Positions 58,036 to 64,000 of a DNA stretch of 64,000 bases are shown here, in pieces (position 1 is the first letter of the stretch; each line of letters starts with the position of its first letter). The DNA comes from Armatimonadota bacterium (GTDB lineage: Bacteria > Armatimonadota > SYMT01). The notes under the pieces were generated by a model. That model made no database searches, was not told the DNA's origin, and saw only the letters and a program-made list of their open reading frames with translations. The DNA is taken from contig JAWLHY010000002.1 of NCBI GenBank assembly GCA_041690135.1, positions 912,342 to 976,341 on the forward strand, read 5' to 3'. The position numbers and the translations under genes were made by a program.

Positions 58036-58890
58036 ATGCAAGCCGCAAGTGATGGTGGGCCCCTCGCGGCCATAACCCAGAACAAAAAAGCGATGATCGG
58101 CATTGGAGTGGCGGCCGTCCTCGCGATCGTCATTCTGCTGGTGCAGGTCTTCCAATCGATGGCGCCGCCGGCCGCGCCGGCCGCTCCGGTGGGTATTGAT
58201 CCGGCCGCGGTTCCGGGCGGAATGGCCGGAGCAGCTCCGGGGATGGATCCGATGATGGATCCGGCTGCGGGCGGGGTGCCCGGCGCGATGCCGGGGGAGA
58301 TGCCCGGTGGAATGCCGGGAATGCCGGGAATGCCCGGTGCAGCTCCTGGCGCCGCCCCCGCGGCCGCCTCTACCGAGCCGGTAAAGAAGCAGCCCCCCGG
58401 GGTTCCCGTGCGTGCGAATCCGTTCGAGCCCAACCGGGAGCTGGCCGAGGTGCTGGAAACCATTCCCAAGACTCCGGAACAACCGGATGCGGTCGCGCCC
58501 GATCACGACATCTACGCGGAGCTTTATCAGCCCAAGTCGGAAGTCCAACTTTCGGATGACGAGACGGACGGACCGCCGATTCCTTCGATGCGGGTGACCG
58601 GTATCATTCTCGGAAACCAGGTATCCGCGTTGATGCAGATCGGCTCCGAGTTCATGCAGGTCACTCCCGGCAAGTGGATTCCGAACGACACGAATCCCAT
58701 TTATCGGGTCGAACGCATCGAACAGGGCAAAGTCGTGTTGACGCGACGCTGGGAAGAAGGCAATCGCAAGGGAGTCCAGCGCATCGAGGTCGGCATTGCG
58801 GGCACCGGTGGCCAGGGCCGAGCGGGCGGTTACCGCCCCGGAGCGCCCGGAATGATGGCGCCGGGAATGGGAATGGCTCCTCCCATCTAA
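58036..58890 (+). CDS. PilP/GspC-HR-like membrane-anchored protein
   Basis: TM anchor, Pro/Gly linker, RANPF and MRVTGII..ALM..YRVERIE; follows pilO. Confidence 0.65.
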   Translation: MQAASDGGPLAAITQNKKAMIGIGVAAVLAIVILLVQVFQSMAPPAAPAAPVGIDPAAVPGGMAGAAPGMDPMMDPAAGGVPGAMPGEMPGGMPGMPGMPGAAPGAAPAAASTEPVKKQPPGVPVRANPFEPNRELAEVLETIPKTPEQPDAVAPDHDIYAELYQPKSEVQLSDDETDGPPIPSMRVTGIILGNQVSALMQIGSEFMQVTPGKWIPNDTNPIYRVERIEQGKVVLTRRWEEGNRKGVQRIEVGIAGTGGQGRAGGYRPGAPGMMAPGMGMAPPI

Positions 58891-59128
58891 CGCCGCCCGG
58901 CACCGTTACGTGAATCAGGGTCCACCACTCACTCCGCAGGGAGGGGAGGTGGACCCTTACTGAAGGTTCCAGAACTACAAGCAGCAAAGCTGGCGCAACG
59001 AAAGCTCGCTTCGGTGAGTCCAATCCATGTAAGCAGCCAGTTCCGGGAGACCGGCCGATCCGGGGGATTTCGCCACGCGAAACACGTGGAGCGGGATCAG
59101 GTCTCCAGCGCAAGGAGATAGAGACAAC

Positions 59129-59947
59129 ATGAGGTATTCAGTACGCTGGGCCGTCCCCATTATGGTGGCCCTTCTCGCGGTAACTGCCTCCCTGGCCCCG
59201 CGGCCGGTGCATGCACAGGAGGCAGATAAGAAGATTCAGATCGACCTGCAGAGCACTCCGCTCCGCGATGCGATTCGCCTGATCTTCTTGAACTCCGGTC
59301 TTCAGTACTCGGTGGACCCCAACGTCCCCAACGTTCCGATCGACCTCAAGCTGCGGGACGTCAGCCTTCAGCAGGCGCTGCGGCTGGTGATCCGGCAGGC
59401 CGCGTCCTCGGTGCCCGGCCTCACCTCTTCCAAGGAAGGGGACGTCTTCGTGATCAAGATCCGGCAGCAGACCCCCACGAGCCTGGGCGGCGCACCGGAA
59501 GATCAGGGACCTCCTCCGGAATTTACCGAGGGTGAAGAGGAGACGGAGTGGGACCGGATTCCGGCGCAGTTCGTTGACATCCGAGCTATCCTCATGGGCC
59601 TTTCCGGCATGGGCTACGTCCCGACCGACGCCGAGATCATGATGATGACGTCCGGCATGGGCGGCGGCATGATGGGCGGCGGCATGGGCGGCGGCATGAT
59701 GGGCGGCGGCATGATGGGCGGCATGGGCGGCATGGGCGGCGGCTTCGGCGGCGGCATGATGGGCGGCATGGGCGGTATGGGTGGTATGATGGGCGGCATG
59801 GGCGGCGGCATGATGGGCGGCATGGGCGGCATGATGGGCGGCATGGGCGGCTTCGGCGGCGGCATGGGCGGCTTCGGCGGCGGCATGGGCGGCTTCGGCG
59901 GCGGCATGGGCGGCTTCGGCGGCGGCGGCTTCGGCAACCGTTTCTAA
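59129..59947 (+). CDS. Secretin-N (STN/N0-like) domain protein with a ~100-aa Gly-Met tail and no secretin pore domain
   Basis: AAGGAG RBS; signal peptide VHA|Q; IDLQSTPLRDAIRLIF..YSVDPNV..LKLRDVSLQQAL; GGM/GGF repeats. Confidence 0.8.
   Translation: MRYSVRWAVPIMVALLAVTASLAPRPVHAQEADKKIQIDLQSTPLRDAIRLIFLNSGLQYSVDPNVPNVPIDLKLRDVSLQQALRLVIRQAASSVPGLTSSKEGDVFVIKIRQQTPTSLGGAPEDQGPPPEFTEGEEETEWDRIPAQFVDIRAILMGLSGMGYVPTDAEIMMMTSGMGGGMMGGGMGGGMMGGGMMGGMGGMGGGFGGGMMGGMGGMGGMMGGMGGGMMGGMGGMMGGMGGFGGGMGGFGGGMGGFGGGMGGFGGGGFGNRF
59638..59935 (+). repeat. Coding GGCATG/GGCTTC microsatellite (GGM/GGF)
   Basis: Tandem ggcggcatg and ggcggcttc units. Confidence 0.9.
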
Positions 59948-60236
59948 TTCCTAACCGGCAGGGAGGAACCTGCTTCACTGCCGGTTAACAATAGGGTCGT
60001 CGGGTGGTCCCCCGGTCACCTGACGGCCCTTTCTTGGGGCTTCTAGCAGGCGGGCACACTGTTGTCAGGAGAACGACACCTCTGTTCTTTACTGGCCGAC
60101 CGTTCAAGATAACGAAAGTCCCAAGTAAACCTCGTCTCGGAACCCCCAGCCCACACCCGGAAATCTATCCAGGCCGGCAGCGCCCGGCGGGTCCTCAGAT
60201 AGAGGCAGAACTGGCTGTTAGGAGGAGTTTTCTAAT

Positions 60237-61910
60237 ATGAGGAGACGCGTGCTCCAACTGGGGGCTCTCTGTGCCGCGCTAACGGCGGCCGGCATTGCGA
60301 GCCCATCCCGAGCTGATCAGGCGCCTGTGCCCGTGAACATCGAGCTGCGGCAGGTGCCGCTCTCACACGTGGTGCAGTTGCTTGCGATGAGCGCGGACGT
60401 AGACATCATTATCAGCGATCCCGAAGGGAAGCTTGCGGACAAGCAGATCGCGTTCATCAAGATCCACGATCAGCCGGTCGACAAGGCGATCGAAGTGGTC
60501 TGCAAAGCCGCTGGTGTCACTTACGAAAAGGACAAGGACGGGATCTACTACATCTCCGCCAAAGCACCCGTTGCGGAGATGCCTCGCCGCCCGGTCGAAG
60601 TACCCCAGCCCGTGATGCCCCTGGAACGACCGGCCCCACCGCCGGAGATTCTGGACGAAGTGGTGATCGATAAGATCAAGCTGGACTTCATGGATCCCCA
60701 TGAGTGTGTCCGGTTCTTGATGTCGTCCCACTCGAAAAAGCCCGTCACGGATGTGAAGTCGGCGGATGAGTTGGAGATCTATCCTGGATTGATCGATCCT
60801 GCCACGGGTAACTGGTACATGCCGCAGGGCATGAACAATTACATGCCGCCCGTCTTTTCGCAAGACGGCGCCAAGCGTCCCGGCGCCACTGGCGGCAACC
60901 AGTTCGGTGGCGGATTCGGCGGGATGGGTGGTGGTCTCGGCGGCGGCCTGGGCGGCGGTCTCGGCGGCGGCCTGGGCGGCGGTCTCGGCGGCGGCCTGGG
61001 CGGCGGTCTCGGCGGCGGCCTGGGCGGCGGCGGTCTCGGCGGCGGCCTGGGTGGCGGTGGGGCGAGCTTAATCCCGGAAGGAATCCAGGGCTTGCTCGCA
61101 TTCCCCTCGGACAACTCGCTTCTGGTTCGCGGCACCGCGGATGACATTGCCGCTCTGAAGTCGATCATCCGGCTGATCGATATCCCGCCGCGGCAGATCC
61201 TCATCAAGATCGAGCAGATCGCCGTTAACAGTCAGTTCGCCAAGCAGTGGGGGATCGACTGGAACATCAACTATAACGACATCTCGATCAATACCGGGAT
61301 CACGCTCTCCACGGGCGGCGCCATCAACGTCGCCATCCTCGGGGACAACTGGCGCGCGCAGTTCTCCGCCGCCGAGTCCCAGGGTAAAGCGTCCGTGATC
61401 GATTCGTTCACGATCACCACGATGAACAACGTGCCGGCCCAGATCTCGACGGTGACGCAAACGTACATCTTCCTGCCGCAGCTAAGCGCGGTCCAGGGCG
61501 CGGGCCTCATCACCCAGTACTTACCGCTGCCGCTTTCCGCGCAGACGAGCTTTTTCGCCGCTCCGCGTTTGAACGGGGACGGCACCATTACGATGGTGAT
61601 TCCGTTCCTCTTTTCCCGCTTCCTCGGCGAATCGGTCGGTCCCGACGGTCAGCGGATTCCGAACCAGACCTTCACCAACCTGCTCGCCATCCGGCGTGTG
61701 GCGAGTGGTCAGACCATCGTGGTGGGCGGTATCAACAACCGGCAGGAATCGACCAGTTCCAACGGTATTCCGATTCTGAAAGACCTGCCGTTTATCGGTA
61801 ATCTGTTCCGCAACAAGAGCGTTAACAAGAACAACAACGAATCGCTGTTCTTCTTCACTCCCACGCTCCTACCGGACCCGATTGCCACCGGGTCGGGCAA
61901 CATTCAGTAG
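60237..61910 (+). CDS. pilQ: Secretin (PilQ/GspD family)
   Basis: STN-like N-terminus; NSLLVRGT..IDIPPRQILI; WGIDW; TMNNVPA; GQTIVVGG; GIPILKDLPFIGNLFR; FFTPTLL. Confidence 0.88.
   Translation: MRRRVLQLGALCAALTAAGIASPSRADQAPVPVNIELRQVPLSHVVQLLAMSADVDIIISDPEGKLADKQIAFIKIHDQPVDKAIEVVCKAAGVTYEKDKDGIYYISAKAPVAEMPRRPVEVPQPVMPLERPAPPPEILDEVVIDKIKLDFMDPHECVRFLMSSHSKKPVTDVKSADELEIYPGLIDPATGNWYMPQGMNNYMPPVFSQDGAKRPGATGGNQFGGGFGGMGGGLGGGLGGGLGGGLGGGLGGGLGGGLGGGLGGGGLGGGLGGGGASLIPEGIQGLLAFPSDNSLLVRGTADDIAALKSIIRLIDIPPRQILIKIEQIAVNSQFAKQWGIDWNINYNDISINTGITLSTGGAINVAILGDNWRAQFSAAESQGKASVIDSFTITTMNNVPAQISTVTQTYIFLPQLSAVQGAGLITQYLPLPLSAQTSFFAAPRLNGDGTITMVIPFLFSRFLGESVGPDGQRIPNQTFTNLLAIRRVASGQTIVVGGINNRQESTSSNGIPILKDLPFIGNLFRNKSVNKNNNESLFFFTPTLLPDPIATGSGNIQ
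60905..61062 (+). repeat. Coding GGGL repeat (24-nt unit ggtctcggcggcggcctgggcggc)
   Basis: Directly visible tandem copies. Confidence 0.9.
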
Positions 61911-61943
61911 GCGCGGATTTCCTCCTCCACGCCAGATCAAGCA

Positions 61944-61984
61944 CGACGGGACGAGCTCGCGGAGAGCTCGTCCCGTTGTTTTTC
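61944..61984 (+). terminator. Rho-independent terminator ending the pilus locus
   Basis: cgacgggacgagctc-gcgga-gagctcgtcccgttg followed by a T tract. Confidence 0.8.
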
Positions 61985-62135
61985 TGCCTCGGTGCGGAGC
62001 GCCGCACCTGCACGGAAGCGCCTTCTCGGGAACGGCCGACCGCTCTCCCTTCCGCCATTCGCGAATTTTCACCACGCCCCGGCGCCCCGGAGGATTTCAC
62101 CACCCGAACATGCGGTTAAACTACGCGCGGAGAAA

Positions 62136-63971
62136 ATGAGCGTGGAGACGAACAAAAACCATCTGGCCTACCTGTGGAACTGCTTTCGGGGCTACGGCGT
62201 GCGCATCGCCGGCACCCTGCTGTTCCTCTGTCTCGCCCGCCTGGCTGCAACGGCGGATCCGGTTTACCTGAAAGAGATCATCGACGGGCTCGCCGCGCGG
62301 CAGCCTCTGTCCGCGCTCGTCACGGCCGTGGGCTTCTACTTTGGCCTGCGTGGGCTTACTCTGCTAGGCGAATTCTTGCGGGATTGGATCTTTGCTCCCG
62401 TCGAGATCGGCGTCGGACGCAAGGTCTCGGAATCCGTCTTCGACTACTTGCTGCGGCTGCCCGTGGCCTACCACGCGGAACAGCGGACCGGCGCCCTGGC
62501 CCGGAAGATCGCCCGCGGAACCCGCGCCATCACGTTCATCCTCGACTTCCTGGTGATGAACATCCTACCGGTGATCGTGGAGCTGGTCTTCGTTACCGTG
62601 CTGCTCCTTCGTCTCTATCCCGCGGTGTACGGAATCATCACGGTGGTCACCGTGGTGCTCTACACCTGGTTCACCATCTGGAGCACGGAGAAGCGCCAGG
62701 TTTACCGTCTCAACGCCAACCTCGCGGATGACGAAGCCAGCGGCCTGCAGATCGACAGCATCACCAACATCGAGACGGTCAAGTACTTCAACAACGAGGC
62801 GCTCCGGCAGCAGCAATTCGGCGCCGCGATCCGGCGCTGGTACGATCTCTCCGTCCGCTCCAACCGCCTCTTCGCCTTGATTTCCGCCGGTCAGGCGGCC
62901 ATCATCCTCGTAGGCCTGGGGTTGATCCTCTGGTTGGGAATCCGCCAGGCAGCCGCCGGTGAGATCACTATTGGCGACCTGGTGCTGCTCTCGACCTATG
63001 TCGTCCGCCTTTCCACGCCCATCGGCGTGCTCGGCTTCATCTACCGCGGCATCAAGGACGGAATCGCCGACCTGGACGAGATGGGCCGCATCTTCAGCAA
63101 TCCCATCACCGTCCGGGAGAGCGAGCATCCCGTTACCCTAACCGAGCCGCGGGGCGAGGTGCGGCTGGAGCACGTGGCGTTCACCTATAAAGGGCGGGAG
63201 CGGGTGCTTGAGGACCTGGATTTATCGATTCCACCGGGTGCGCGCGTCGCGGTGGTGGGGCCTTCTGGCGCGGGCAAATCCACCCTCGTCAAGCTGCTGT
63301 TCCGTTTCCACGATCCCACCCGGGGAAAGGTCCTCATCGACGGGGTGGATCTACGCGAGCTGAGCACGGAAACCCGCCGCCGGATGCTGGCGATCGTGCC
63401 GCAGGAGCCGGTGCTCTTCAACGACACGATCGCCGCCAACATCCGCTTCGCCAAGCCGGAAGCCACGCAGGAAGAGGTAGAGCGGGCCTGCCGGCTGGCG
63501 AACATTCACGACTTCATCGCCTCTCTCCCGGAAGGTTATGAAACCGTGGTGGGGGAGAGAGGCATCAAGATGTCGGGAGGCGAGAAGCAGCGTGTCGCCA
63601 TCGCTCGCGCCATCATCCGGGACCCCCGGGTGCTCGTGTTCGACGAGGCGACTTCCAATCTCGATTCTCACTCGGAGCGGATCATCCAGGAATCCCTGGA
63701 CCGGATCGCGCGGGGCCGCACGACCATCGTGATCGCCCATCGCCTGTCCACCATCGTGGACAGTGACCTGATCTACGTCCTTCAGGCCGGCCGGGTGGCG
63801 GAGCAGGGCACCCACGAGCAACTTCTCGCTCTGGGCGGGCTGTACGCGCGCCTGTGGGCCATCCAGTCCGGCTCGGATGGCCCGCGCGAGCTATTGAAAC
63901 CGGCGGCGACTACTGCCACTCCGCCAGGATCTGGTCCACCTCTTGCTTGTGGTTCTGCTCGTCCGCAATGA
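62136..63971 (+). CDS. ABCB half transporter, ATM1/HMT1-like
   Basis: TM domain with RTGAL and NIETVKYFNNE; GPSGAGKST; MSGGEKQRVAIAR; FDEATS; IAHRLST. Confidence 0.92.
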   Translation: MSVETNKNHLAYLWNCFRGYGVRIAGTLLFLCLARLAATADPVYLKEIIDGLAARQPLSALVTAVGFYFGLRGLTLLGEFLRDWIFAPVEIGVGRKVSESVFDYLLRLPVAYHAEQRTGALARKIARGTRAITFILDFLVMNILPVIVELVFVTVLLLRLYPAVYGIITVVTVVLYTWFTIWSTEKRQVYRLNANLADDEASGLQIDSITNIETVKYFNNEALRQQQFGAAIRRWYDLSVRSNRLFALISAGQAAIILVGLGLILWLGIRQAAAGEITIGDLVLLSTYVVRLSTPIGVLGFIYRGIKDGIADLDEMGRIFSNPITVRESEHPVTLTEPRGEVRLEHVAFTYKGRERVLEDLDLSIPPGARVAVVGPSGAGKSTLVKLLFRFHDPTRGKVLIDGVDLRELSTETRRRMLAIVPQEPVLFNDTIAANIRFAKPEATQEEVERACRLANIHDFIASLPEGYETVVGERGIKMSGGEKQRVAIARAIIRDPRVLVFDEATSNLDSHSERIIQESLDRIARGRTTIVIAHRLSTIVDSDLIYVLQAGRVAEQGTHEQLLALGGLYARLWAIQSGSDGPRELLKPAATTATPPGSGPPLACGSARPQ

Positions 63972-64000
63972 AGTTCTCGAGCTGCACCCGCAGGGCGATT

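Noticed and set aside
58980-59045. c-di-GMP-I riboswitch or hammerhead-like fragments (GCAAAGC, CAGCCAGTT, GAAA-stem)
   Set aside because: The GGCAAAC-GNRA stem and tetraloop receptor are missing, and there is no CUGAnGA core; kept only as an unassigned structured leader
59129-61910. A single frameshifted secretin pseudogene
   Set aside because: Each ORF has its own RBS, signal peptide and STN-like domain, separated by a 289-nt structured spacer
25397-61910. Type II secretion system assignment
   Set aside because: PilT with AIRNLIRE and a cytoplasmic PilM plus PilN (INLLP) indicate a retractile type IVa-like pilus

Overview
This is a high-GC bacterial chromosomal window. The gene repertoire (SLH-barrel protein, DUF1559-style pilin, Gly-rich secretin) suggests a diderm Armatimonadota-like organism, which is an inference. 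The left part (1-25 kb) holds housekeeping and envelope genes: ribokinase, two double-unit PrsA/SurA-like foldases, a cupin, gyrA, an orphan PAS histidine kinase, a KGG stress protein behind a SigB-like promoter, an SLH-collagen-beta-barrel protein, an LptD-like protein, another beta-barrel protein, a GT-C glycosyltransferase, tdk and aroE. It also holds a ~460-nt densely base-paired intergenic region (candidate new ncRNA) and a three-gene GTPase/GAP1 conflict-type operon. The right part (25.4-61.9 kb) is a ~36.5 kb type IV pilus locus: pilB-pilT-pilC-pilD, one small pilin, three very large pilin-like proteins (~675-1090 aa), two giant secreted proteins (1872 and ~2680 aa), pilMNOP, a stand-alone secretin-N-like protein and a secretin. 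Unusual traits of this locus are a beta-module shared across the giant subunits, low-complexity insertions in nearly every machine component, and repeat or mobile-element debris in the pilin spacers and leaders. An ATM1-like ABC transporter ends the window. I saw no rRNA, tRNA, CRISPR array or intact transposase. All family calls come from reading motifs, not from database searches.
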